A stretch of 32,000 nucleotides of DNA. It comes from an uncultured archaeon (GTDB lineage Archaea > Asgardarchaeota > Thorarchaeia > Thorarchaeales > Thorarchaeaceae). The translations under genes and the position numbers were made by a program. The first letter of the stretch is position 1, and every line of letters starts with the position of its first letter. Positions 9,022-17,812 of this stretch are shown piece after piece. A model generated the notes under the pieces. It did no database searches and had not been told where the DNA came from. It was given only the letters and a program-made list of their open reading frames with translations. Where the stretch lies: assembly GCA_964648855.1 (NCBI GenBank), contig CAZYLT010000014.1, positions 35,762 through 67,761 on the forward strand, read 5' to 3'.

Positions 9022-10947
9022 CTACTCTTTTGGTAACAAATCATGCTTGCCAAGATAATCTGCTACATCTTTCAACTCGAGATTCTCTAGAGTACTCCTA
9101 TAGGGCCAGCTGGTTTCTAAGTCCCACTCATGCAGAGCGTAGTACTTGTCTAGCATCTTGTTTAGCTCTTCTGGAGAGTTGGTTTCACCCTTAAGTGGTC
9201 CTGATGCGGCTCCTTCATGCATCAATCTCCATGGCAAGTTATCATGTGCCCTGGTTGCACCTCGAGTAATATTGAATGCTTTTTCAATGTTGACGACACG
9301 CCTGCCAGTTTCCATGATTTTGTCTTCTGTCATGGGGATGCCTGTTGCCGCCTGATACAATCTGGCCATGTTGCCAGGGTTAACTCCGTACGCAGCTGTT
9401 GACGTAAAGACACAGAAACCGAGTGCTTCTGTTATCTCATAGCAGTCTTCGTGCCAACGAACTATCTCCGCACGATGATCTGTGAAGTGAGGCGAAGCCC
9501 ACTTCTTATCGCCAGTTATCTTCTCGACTACTTCAACAGCCTCTGGACTGGCGCCAAACTCTGCAAACGTTTCTGTCATTAGGTGGTCATTTCCTCTTGG
9601 ATTCACAGCGAAAGCCAAAGCATATGCCTTAGCCGACCGTGTTTCAACATTGGATTGCTCCAGCCCCTTGGCATTCATGATGGCCCATTTGTATGACTCT
9701 TGACCGACTTTCTCAGTTGCAATCTTGAGGCCATCTGCCAAAAGATTTCCAAGCTTTCCGTCACGCTGAGCAAGTTTCTGAACAGCTTCGTATGTTTCAT
9801 CTAACTTGCCCCAGTCGAGCTCCAACCCGTCAGTATCCTCCTTTGTTAGAACGCCGCGTTTGTAGCTTTCAATCGCCCACTGAACGACAGTACCTGCAGT
9901 AATAGTGTCAAGCCCAATTCTGTTACATAATTCATTGAGCTTAAGGACTGCTTCTGTGTCAATCAGGCCTGGACCATTTCCTAGTGCTCCCAAGGTTTCA
10001 TACTCAGGTCCACCGCTGGAAATACCTGCATTGGGGCCTTTCTCAATAGTTGTGTATCTATGACAACCTATTGTGCATCCAAAGCAAGCAACCTTTCTCT
10101 TCAGATATCCTTCCTCAGTGAGAGCCTGTCCTGTGATTGGATAGACATTCTCTGTGTATCCAGTTTGCCAGTTTTTGCCTGGTAAGGCATGAAGTTCATT
10201 TACAGCAGCCAAAGAACCTGCAGTTCCATATAGATGCATTGAGCGAGCGCCGCTATCAGCCATTAAGCCATCTCGCATTTCCTTAACAACATCCGCAAAG
10301 AGCTCCGGATCTTTTACCCGAACAGGGTGTGTTCCCTTCACAGAGATGGCTTTGAGGTTCTTGGAAGCCATAACGTTGGCTCCACCGCCTCTGCCAGCTG
10401 CATGGTAACAGGATGCCATAATAGATGCCGCTCGTACCATCTTTTCACCAGCAGGTCCAATGTAGAGACCTCGAGAATCCTCGCCGTGCCAGTTCTTGAG
10501 CAAGTTATCCGTTTCAAGAACGTCCTTTCCCCATAATTTGGAGCCATCGCGAATATCCACATGGTCATCATTGATTTCGATGTAGACTGGCTCGTCAGCA
10601 GCTCCATGAACGACTAGATGATCATAGCCTGCAAATTTCAGCTCAGCTCCCCAATGGCCACCCGTGTTTGACTTTAGGTACATTCCTGTACTGCTACCAA
10701 TAGTGGTCACGGATGTCCGTCCTGATGCCGGGGCTGTCGTGCCTGTTACTGCGCCAGGAGCATATATGACGACATTTTCAGGATCGTTCCATTCAATCTC
10801 AGGATCTTTGCAGTAGTCCCATAAGAGACGAGCATTTATTCCTCTTGAGCCAACATAAAGCCGTCTCCATTCTTCAGGAAGATCTTCCTTCCAAGTCTTA
10901 TCATCACTCAAATCAACATGTAGTATTTTACCTTGATGTGCATACAT
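9022..10947 (-). CDS. aor: Aldehyde:ferredoxin oxidoreductase family protein (W/Mo-pterin)
   Basis: GPAGE, AAGRGG.A.VMASKNLKAI, CFGCTIGC (Fe-S), GPEYET, GLDTI and C-terminal YY..HEWD; 641 aa. Confidence 0.93.
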   Translation of the reverse strand: MYAHQGKILHVDLSDDKTWKEDLPEEWRRLYVGSRGINARLLWDYCKDPEIEWNDPENVVIYAPGAVTGTTAPASGRTSVTTIGSSTGMYLKSNTGGHWGAELKFAGYDHLVVHGAADEPVYIEINDDHVDIRDGSKLWGKDVLETDNLLKNWHGEDSRGLYIGPAGEKMVRAASIMASCYHAAGRGGGANVMASKNLKAISVKGTHPVRVKDPELFADVVKEMRDGLMADSGARSMHLYGTAGSLAAVNELHALPGKNWQTGYTENVYPITGQALTEEGYLKRKVACFGCTIGCHRYTTIEKGPNAGISSGGPEYETLGALGNGPGLIDTEAVLKLNELCNRIGLDTITAGTVVQWAIESYKRGVLTKEDTDGLELDWGKLDETYEAVQKLAQRDGKLGNLLADGLKIATEKVGQESYKWAIMNAKGLEQSNVETRSAKAYALAFAVNPRGNDHLMTETFAEFGASPEAVEVVEKITGDKKWASPHFTDHRAEIVRWHEDCYEITEALGFCVFTSTAAYGVNPGNMARLYQAATGIPMTEDKIMETGRRVVNIEKAFNITRGATRAHDNLPWRLMHEGAASGPLKGETNSPEELNKMLDKYYALHEWDLETSWPYRSTLENLELKDVADYLGKHDLLPKE

Positions 10948-11451
10948 CTACTTTGCAACCCCCTTTTCCAAGTCACGATACATCGACATTCTAGCAGATC
11001 GTAGTTTCTTCTTCTGTTTGTAAAGCTCATCCGTAGCATCGACCCACATCAGGGCTTCTGGTACACAGTGCTTGACACAGTAAGGATCTCCACCACATAA
11101 ATCACAAATCAAGGGAACATTGGTTTCTGGATGGAGCCTTATTCCGTGGTATGGGCATACCTCTGCGCAAGAACCACAACCTGTACAGGCATCGGCATTC
11201 ACTGTTATGATGCCAGTGTTTTCATCCCGGGTTAATGCAGCCTCGGCACATGCGTCTATACACGGATGCGCATCACATTGTTCGCACAGGAGCTGTAAAC
11301 CAAGTGCTATGTCCTCCTTTTTCCTGACCTTTATCCGACTTCTATACATATCGAATATGCTTTCCTTTATGAAAGAACAGGCAAGAGAGCATTGTTTACA
11401 ACCTGTGCATTTAGTCATATCCACAAGCAGCAGTTTTTCCATCATTCTCAT
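10948..11451 (-). CDS. 4x[4Fe-4S] ferredoxin-like electron-transfer subunit of AOR
   Basis: CTGCKQCSLAC, CEQC...PCIDAC, CTGCGSCAEVC and CDLC...YCVKHC. Its stop codon abuts the AOR start. Confidence 0.92.
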   Translation of the reverse strand: MRMMEKLLLVDMTKCTGCKQCSLACSFIKESIFDMYRSRIKVRKKEDIALGLQLLCEQCDAHPCIDACAEAALTRDENTGIITVNADACTGCGSCAEVCPYHGIRLHPETNVPLICDLCGGDPYCVKHCVPEALMWVDATDELYKQKKKLRSARMSMYRDLEKGVAK

Positions 11452-11578
11452 CCTTAATCGAGTTTTAACTATTTGTCAGTACTAACTTTATGACATTTTA
11501 ATCTTTATTTCTCCGTTCTGCATGGTTGTTCATGACGGATTAATGGTTTTACTGGGAAAAATGGAAAATTTATACGGT

Positions 11579-12436
11579 TTATCTTATTGTTAAGACTGGC
11601 TCTGCCGCTTCAGCAGAAATCATACAAATTGGCATAGCCTTTGCATTGGTTAAGGTTGCGTAATGGCCCTTTGTATCCGCTATAATTATCCCCGCCTCAC
11701 TCCCGGTCACATTTTCGAAATCGGTCATCGTGTTCAATAATGCAACACTAAGATCCTTGCCTTCTTCGACCTGCAATACTGCCATTCGACACAAAAGAGC
11801 ACGGGTAATATGCTCTCCATGTCCTGTTGCTGTTGCTCCGCATATTCTATTAGCATAGGCTCCAGCTCCAAAAATCGGGGAGTCTCCTACACGGCCGGGA
11901 ATCTTATTCTTGATACCACCAGTTGATGAAGTTGCTGCTATTCTCTCCTTATTGTCTATGGTCACGCACCCCACAGTATCGGAAACACCCTCCATGTGGA
12001 TTGATTTGATAACATTGTCTTCGTCAGGATGGCGATATCCAGATTTGACCATCTCTTCGTAGAGCGCCTTAGCATTACTACCAGCAAAGAGATTATGCTC
12101 AGTTTTTTCCATGATGTATCGTGCAAGAGCAGTTGGGTTCCGGATGTCAGTGATAGCAGCTACAGAGCCGAATTGAAGATTGAAGCCATCCACTATCATA
12201 GCATCAAGTTCTCGCACTCCATCTCTATTTGGTCGAGCGCCAATGCCAGCATTTAGAGATCCACAATTCTCCATGTAGGTAGTACACGCCTCGGCAGCGT
12301 CAAGAGCTGAGTAACCATCATTGAGGAGTTCGTAACCGATGGAAGCGGCCTTTTCAACGTGGGGGATTGCCTTGTTTAGCTTCTCATCTTCCCAAGAACC
12401 TGCTCCGCCATGAACGACGATCAGTGGTAATTTCAT
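11579..12436 (-). CDS. iaaA: Isoaspartyl peptidase / plant-type L-asparaginase (Ntn hydrolase)
   Basis: HGGAG, ELDA, D-TVG (Thr nucleophile), STGG, GRVGDSP and TGHGE. Confidence 0.9.
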   Translation of the reverse strand: MKLPLIVVHGGAGSWEDEKLNKAIPHVEKAASIGYELLNDGYSALDAAEACTTYMENCGSLNAGIGARPNRDGVRELDAMIVDGFNLQFGSVAAITDIRNPTALARYIMEKTEHNLFAGSNAKALYEEMVKSGYRHPDEDNVIKSIHMEGVSDTVGCVTIDNKERIAATSSTGGIKNKIPGRVGDSPIFGAGAYANRICGATATGHGEHITRALLCRMAVLQVEEGKDLSVALLNTMTDFENVTGSEAGIIIADTKGHYATLTNAKAMPICMISAEAAEPVLTIR

Positions 12437-12512
12437 TTTCCTTCCGTTCTCCCTCTATAATATAGAAAATAACCAAGATAGGAGTATATTCACGAGTTGC
12501 TTTTTTTAATCC

Positions 12513-13145
12513 TCAAGTGAAGGGTACAAATCTAAAACGTCCATGACGGGTAATCTCCAATGGCTTCTCTTTGAGTACTCTCGTCATGACCTGATACCCG
12601 TCAACAGAGATAGGAATAACCATGACACCCTTCTTTTTGAGTTGGTCTAACAGGGCATCGGGAATCTCCCTGGTGCCTGCTGTTACAATTATTCGGTCAT
12701 AAGGAGATTCGTCGGGATAACCGTTACGGCCGTTACGGTGAACCACTTCAACATTTTCAATTTCTGCCAACGATAAATTGCGTCGAGCTCTATCAACCAA
12801 GTTGGGCACAACCTCCAGCGATACAATTCTTCCATCTCTGCCCACCAATTCAGACATTATCGCAGCGTTATACCCAGAACCGGCGCCTACCTCTAGGACC
12901 TTGTTTCCCCGTTCCAAAGATAGAAGCTGAATCATGTACGCAACCGTGTAAGGCTGACTTATTGTCTGCCCCTCACCAATAGGCTGAGGATAGTTTAGAT
13001 ACGCATCTCCTTTGTATGGCTCGGGGATGAATATACTTCTATCTACACGCTTCATTGCTTCAATTATCGCTGGTTGGATGCCCTCGCGCTTTAATTCTCT
13101 GAATAATCGCGCTTTCTGAGCTTCAAAGTTGTCTCCATTATTCAT
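12513..13145 (-). CDS. pcm: Protein-L-isoaspartate O-methyltransferase
   Basis: GQTISQP, VLEVGAGSGY, PYDRIIVTA and FVP. The start is placed at ATG 13145, 1 bp after the FEN1 stop, rather than 13223. Confidence 0.93.
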   Translation of the reverse strand: MNNGDNFEAQKARLFRELKREGIQPAIIEAMKRVDRSIFIPEPYKGDAYLNYPQPIGEGQTISQPYTVAYMIQLLSLERGNKVLEVGAGSGYNAAIMSELVGRDGRIVSLEVVPNLVDRARRNLSLAEIENVEVVHRNGRNGYPDESPYDRIIVTAGTREIPDALLDQLKKKGVMVIPISVDGYQVMTRVLKEKPLEITRHGRFRFVPFT

Positions 13146-13146
13146 A

Positions 13147-14118
13147 TTAGCTAGCCTCATTTTTCTCCTGGGCAGTAATAATCTGAGGAATTCTCTTGTC
13201 AGCGCGCTTTTCGGAGAATCCAAATCCTGAAACTATCTTCTCCTTTAGTTTTGATTCATCCGGAACCTCCCACTCAAGTTCATAATCGTCGGTCACAGGC
13301 ATCTCCAAGAAGATATCCATGATTTGCTGCCAGTCAAAATCGCAATTTGCTTTTTGAAAGGCATTCTCGATATCATATTCTCTCAAGAGCTTCTGACCTC
13401 GTTTTGGTCCAATCCCGTATATGCCGCCGGGCTTGTAATCGGTTCCCATCATGATTGCGAGGGCAACCAATTCCTCTCTGGATAATGAGAGCGATTCAAG
13501 AACGTCTCTTAGATTAACCAGTTGCAGTCCTCTTCGTGACCTTTGCGACTTTGAGAGATTTCGAACAAGTCGCCCAGCTCCATGAAGGAGTGGATCGTAG
13601 TCTTGAGTCACACCAGCGTAGGCATGTCCTACGACGGTCATGTGAGCCATTTGGGCATCTGCCTCAGTAGGTGCCTGGACGAACGGTACACCCATGGCGG
13701 ATAGGAGTTCCATTGATGAATCTAGAATCTCATCCGTTAGATGGGCAGATCTAATGCCATACTTCCGCATATCCTCTATATTGCCCGCTGCTTTTGCATC
13801 CTCAAATCTTTGCAGCGCAGCTCTCCTACTCTCATATCTCTCCTGAATAGTACCCATCTTCAAATCGGGAGGCGATCCATCGAAGATGAACGCTGGTTTT
13901 AGACCAGCAGCTAGCCAATTTGTCACCCTAGGTAATAGACCGAGTAGATGTGATGTAACCTGTCCCTGCTCATTTCTAATTAGTGTACCATCACGATTCC
14001 TAATCGCGGTGAGAAATTGATACAGAATGTTATGTGCATCAATGGCCAACACTTTGCCTCGTAAGTCCTCCAACTCTATTATTTTTGGTTCGATGATTTT
14101 GCCCAGGTTTGTTCCCAT
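13147..14118 (-). CDS. fen: Flap endonuclease-1 family nuclease without a recognisable C-terminal PIP box
   Basis: MG start, DAHNILYQFL, TSHL.G, FIFDG, EADAQ, QDYD and the H3TH motif GTDY..GG..GIGPK. Confidence 0.9.
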   Translation of the reverse strand: MGTNLGKIIEPKIIELEDLRGKVLAIDAHNILYQFLTAIRNRDGTLIRNEQGQVTSHLLGLLPRVTNWLAAGLKPAFIFDGSPPDLKMGTIQERYESRRAALQRFEDAKAAGNIEDMRKYGIRSAHLTDEILDSSMELLSAMGVPFVQAPTEADAQMAHMTVVGHAYAGVTQDYDPLLHGAGRLVRNLSKSQRSRRGLQLVNLRDVLESLSLSREELVALAIMMGTDYKPGGIYGIGPKRGQKLLREYDIENAFQKANCDFDWQQIMDIFLEMPVTDDYELEWEVPDESKLKEKIVSGFGFSEKRADKRIPQIITAQEKNEAS

Positions 14119-14427
14119 TTTTCTCTCAACTCCAGAGTTAGTTCTACGCGGTAAAATAGTCTATCTTGGTGCGAAGATACCATGTGCTTTTCAGTTATTA
14201 AGTTCAAGAGGCCAGTATAAAACTCCTTTGAAAATGGCTCATAAGGTCATGAATAGTCTTTGGGGCACTCATAAATTCGAATCAGTCATGAAGAAATTTA
14301 TATGCGTTATTTACAAAATTCATACATAGAGCGGCCATAGCACATAATTTCCGCAAGTCAGATAGTATTGTAACAGATTAGTATCGGAGATTGAAAAAGT
14401 TCCGCTCTTTTAGTTGTGTGAATTAGT

Positions 14428-14874
14428 ATGACAGCAGAAAGCGATTCTGATGAAATCAAAGTTACAGACCTAGAACCGAAGATGAGCCACATCGACATAG
14501 CCTTCAAGGTTATCGATAAATCTGAGCCTAGAACAGTGTCATCCCGCCATAGTAATGATAGCCATCGAGTGGCCGATGCGACAGTAGGCGATGAAACTGG
14601 AATGGTCTTAGTTCCTCTTTGGGATGATGCCATCGAGAATATGAAGATAGGCAAGTCCTACCAGCTAAGGAATGGTTTCACCGGTCTATTCAGAAACAGC
14701 CTTAGATTGAAAGTAGGACGTAAAAGCGAAGTGAAAGAAATAGACGATGGGATTGAATCTGTAAATGAGAACACCAATATGTCACTGACAGGCCAGAAGA
14801 AAAAGTCCTACAAGCATACCCATCGACCTTACGATTATCGAATCGATGGCGGCGTAAGAAACTACAACAACTGA
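14428..14874 (+). CDS. Single-OB-fold ssDNA-binding protein (crenarchaeal SSB/RPA-like)
   Basis: KVTDLEP, RVADATVGDETG, LWDD, NGF..LFR..LRL.VGR and a basic C-terminal tail. Confidence 0.85.
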   Translation: MTAESDSDEIKVTDLEPKMSHIDIAFKVIDKSEPRTVSSRHSNDSHRVADATVGDETGMVLVPLWDDAIENMKIGKSYQLRNGFTGLFRNSLRLKVGRKSEVKEIDDGIESVNENTNMSLTGQKKKSYKHTHRPYDYRIDGGVRNYNN

Positions 14875-15019
14875 CACGACTACCATCACGGACACAGAAA
14901 CAGATACCACACCCCCTCCCGATGAGGGAGATAACACATTTCTAGTCCTCATTGCTGCAGCTGTGGCGGGGATAGTTGTAGTCATCGTAATAGGATTCTA
15001 CATGAAGAAGCGGACATAG
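14858..15019 (+). pseudogene. Start-less C-terminal fragment of a membrane-anchored surface protein (Thr-rich linker, TM helix, basic tail)
   Basis: The +1 frame relative to the SSB reads ETTTTDTTTITDTETDTTPPPDEGDNTFLVLIAAAVAGIVVVIVIGFYMKKRT*. It is bounded upstream by TAA at 14855-14857. Confidence 0.7.
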
Positions 15020-15034
15020 CAAATACATAACAAT

Positions 15035-15074
15035 GAGAGCCCTATATAGTTGGCTCTCTACCTTGATTTTTTTT
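15035..15074 (+). terminator. Hairpin plus T-tract
   Basis: GAGAGCC (15035-15041) pairs with GGCTCTC (15052-15058). A T8 run follows at 15067-15074. Confidence 0.6.
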
Positions 15075-15220
15075 GTTGGATTAAAAACACTAGTAGACCG
15101 TATCAACATTTCATTGCGCAAGCATTAGCAAAAGGCAACTTTTCATGAGGAAACTTACAATTTCTTTGGAAAGTGGCGATAGAAAGAAAAGAGATGCGCA
15201 TGCATATTTCCTTGGTGCAA

Positions 15221-17074
15221 ATGTCATCTCTCGTTTCAAGATTTAGAAAATATCTTTCGGTGGAAACTGCTGGGGGAGCGGCTTGGTCCCCTGATAATGC
15301 TAGCATTGCTTTTGCATATGATGCTCCTGGTATTTATCAAATATTCAGAGCGAGGACCGAGGCTAATAAAGCTCTATGGCCTGAAAGACTTACCTTTTTC
15401 GAGAATCGGTGCACTGACCCCAGATGGCTTTCTGATGGTTCAATTCTGTTTACTATGGACAAGGGTGGAGATGAGAACTTCCAGATGGGAGTAATTGATT
15501 CAACAGATGACATTGAATGGATTACAGATGATAAGGAAGCAAAGCATCGCCCGACCTACTCGTCTGCCGACCATCTATATTACATCGCTAACATTGAGGA
15601 CAAGTCTAGGCTCGACATTTACCGACGACAAATCCCCCTGACTGGGCATGAACCTGAAAAGATCCGACAGCCAACTGAAGGCATTGAAATACTACAATGT
15701 ACCAATGCAAAAGACCGCCAAGCTATTTTCTCTCAATATCGCGGAAATAATGAGCAAGACCTCTTTTTGCTGTCTACTGATGCCCAAGATGCAGTGAATC
15801 TAACACAGGCAATATCGAAAAGAAAAACTAGGTGGGAAGCAATTTGTTTTCTTGACAATGATCATTTACTTGTAATTACAGACCATGAATCCGATTTTCA
15901 AAGATTTGCAGTTCTTGGCTTGGATAAGAGCTTCAAGAGATTCGAAGATTATGAGAACAGAGTACAGTGGGAAGTTGAGGCAACTGCATGGAATCATCAG
16001 AATGAACACACATATTTCTCTGAGAATAAGGAGGGCTACAGCAGTTTATACCGAGCAAAATTCCAACCTGATGGGGTTTCTGACCTGGAATCTGTCGACC
16101 TACCTATCGATGGAGTCTTAGTTTCTGGCGATTCCCGTTCTTTCGCCAATAGCATGAGTCTATCTGAAGATGGGCGCCGCTTGGCAGTAAGTCTCAGTTC
16201 GGCCACAAATCCAACAAATGTCTGGATCATAGATACTGAAACCGGGAACTCTTGGATGGCAACTCAAACAAGTACCTATGGATTGAAAAAAGATGACTTC
16301 TCTCCTGTTGAACTCCATAGATTCAAATCATTCGATGGTCTGAGTGTTCCTTATTTCAAGTACTTGCCAAGAGTAGAAACGCCTGCAAATGGATTTCGAA
16401 CCATATTCATTATCCACGGAGGTCCTGAATCTCAAACAAGACCCAGTTTTAGTCCAATAATCCAGTATTATCTATCTGCAGGTTATGCAGTGATTGCGCC
16501 AAATATTAGAGGAAGCACCGGGTACGGCCGCACATACATGGACTTGGATAATGTTGAGAAACGCTTAGACTCGATTGCAGATATCAAGAGTCTTGCAGAA
16601 CACTTGGATTCGGAGGACAAATCTATAGACAATTCCAAGCTTATAGTATATGGTGGCAGTTATGGTGGATTTGCAGTTCTCTCTTCCGTAACGGAATACC
16701 CAGATATCTGGAGCGCAGGGGTTGATATCGTAGGTATATCGGATTTTGTGACTTTTCTGAAGAATACAGCGGACTGGAGAAGAAGCCTGAGAGAGGCTGA
16801 ATATGGAAGTCTCGAACACGATAGGAATACGCTCGAGAAAGTTAGCCCTATTCATAAGGTTGACCGGATCCAGTGTCCTTTGTTCATCATCCAGGGTGAC
16901 AATGATGAACGAGTGCCTTTGTCCGAGTCCGTGCAAATCTATGAGAGGGTGAAGGCCAAAGGAATCAATGTAAGATTGCTTCGATTTGCAGATGAAGGTC
17001 ATGGATTGGCAAAACTTGAAAATCGTCTCAAGGCATATTCTGAAATAGTAAAATGGCTTGAAGAGATTGTTTGA
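15221..17074 (+). CDS. S9 family peptidase (acylaminoacyl/dipeptidyl peptidase-like; beta-propeller plus alpha/beta hydrolase)
   Basis: IHGGPE, PNIRGSTGYG, GGSYGG (Ser), QGDNDERV (Asp) and DEGHG (His). The start is chosen at ATG 15221 after GGTG; the ORF track begins at 15173. Confidence 0.93.
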   Translation: MSSLVSRFRKYLSVETAGGAAWSPDNASIAFAYDAPGIYQIFRARTEANKALWPERLTFFENRCTDPRWLSDGSILFTMDKGGDENFQMGVIDSTDDIEWITDDKEAKHRPTYSSADHLYYIANIEDKSRLDIYRRQIPLTGHEPEKIRQPTEGIEILQCTNAKDRQAIFSQYRGNNEQDLFLLSTDAQDAVNLTQAISKRKTRWEAICFLDNDHLLVITDHESDFQRFAVLGLDKSFKRFEDYENRVQWEVEATAWNHQNEHTYFSENKEGYSSLYRAKFQPDGVSDLESVDLPIDGVLVSGDSRSFANSMSLSEDGRRLAVSLSSATNPTNVWIIDTETGNSWMATQTSTYGLKKDDFSPVELHRFKSFDGLSVPYFKYLPRVETPANGFRTIFIIHGGPESQTRPSFSPIIQYYLSAGYAVIAPNIRGSTGYGRTYMDLDNVEKRLDSIADIKSLAEHLDSEDKSIDNSKLIVYGGSYGGFAVLSSVTEYPDIWSAGVDIVGISDFVTFLKNTADWRRSLREAEYGSLEHDRNTLEKVSPIHKVDRIQCPLFIIQGDNDERVPLSESVQIYERVKAKGINVRLLRFADEGHGLAKLENRLKAYSEIVKWLEEIV

Positions 17075-17117
17075 AACAAGGTTAAGAGGGATTCTATTGA
17101 AAAAGAGAGTGGGTACA

Positions 17118-17735
17118 ATGTTGCCAAAACATGTTGTTGCGATAGCTCTTATGCTGTTGCTCATCTTACCTTCAGCATCAGGTGTGGAATATGAAACGAA
17201 AGAATTCATCGATGATTCCATCAGAGTTTCTGTGCAGCTTGCAGCAGACACACCGTGGGTGGCTCCTTTCTCAGAAACGGTCAGCATAGCTGTCAATGTT
17301 AGTCCGATGAGCAGTGCACTCCAGCAAGTGAACGTGTCGCGAATATCAATAGTCGTGAATAGGCTCGAAACCGACCAATCGGGGTATGTGTTGGTTTCTG
17401 CAGAGAATGTCCAAGGGTCGCCTTTGAAAACAGGTATAGAAAGTGCGAGCTATCAAACGAATATTACCATGATTGGCGATAAATTCGGAGAGAGTTGCTA
17501 TTTTGCCCTATTGATTGCTGGTTCTTATCTAAATGGCACAGCACTCCACTATTTCGAAGCCGCATCTCCTGAAGACTTGATTGGGCCTTTCTCAATCTCA
17601 GCAAGTATAGCAACTCCACAGGTTTGGGTTGGCATAATTGTGCTTGCAGGGGCCTTTGCTTTCTTCGCCTGCGCTGCATATGGAGTCAAGAAATCCAGAT
17701 CCCAAAAGAAAAAGACAAAATTGTTGGAGGAATGA
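17118..17735 (+). CDS. Secreted, C-terminally anchored hypothetical protein
   Basis: Signal-peptide-like MLPKHVVAIALMLLLILPSASG, a beta-rich middle, a C-terminal TM and a Lys-rich tail. The start is placed at the internal ATG 17118. Confidence 0.75.
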   Translation: MLPKHVVAIALMLLLILPSASGVEYETKEFIDDSIRVSVQLAADTPWVAPFSETVSIAVNVSPMSSALQQVNVSRISIVVNRLETDQSGYVLVSAENVQGSPLKTGIESASYQTNITMIGDKFGESCYFALLIAGSYLNGTALHYFEAASPEDLIGPFSISASIATPQVWVGIIVLAGAFAFFACAAYGVKKSRSQKKKTKLLEE

Positions 17736-17812
17736 CTTACTCAGTTGGATTCTTGCTTCTATTTACAAGCACTCTTAAGACAGTTCGCTTCATGTTTTAC
17801 TAGTTGATTTAT

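Noticed and set aside
13146-13223. N-terminal extension of pcm given in the ORF track
   Set aside because: It overlaps the fen 3' end. The ATG at 13145 gives a normal-length PIMT.
14027-14329. 100-aa ORF in the fen-SSB intergenic region
   Set aside because: It overlaps the fen start antisense, crosses the AT-rich divergent promoter region and has no recognisable motif.
14782-14985. 67-aa minus-strand Val/Ser-rich ORF
   Set aside because: It is the antisense image of the Thr-rich linker/TM segment on the plus strand.
16565-17296. 243-aa minus-strand ORF
   Set aside because: It lies antisense to the S9 peptidase catalytic domain and the next gene and has no motifs; a shadow ORF.
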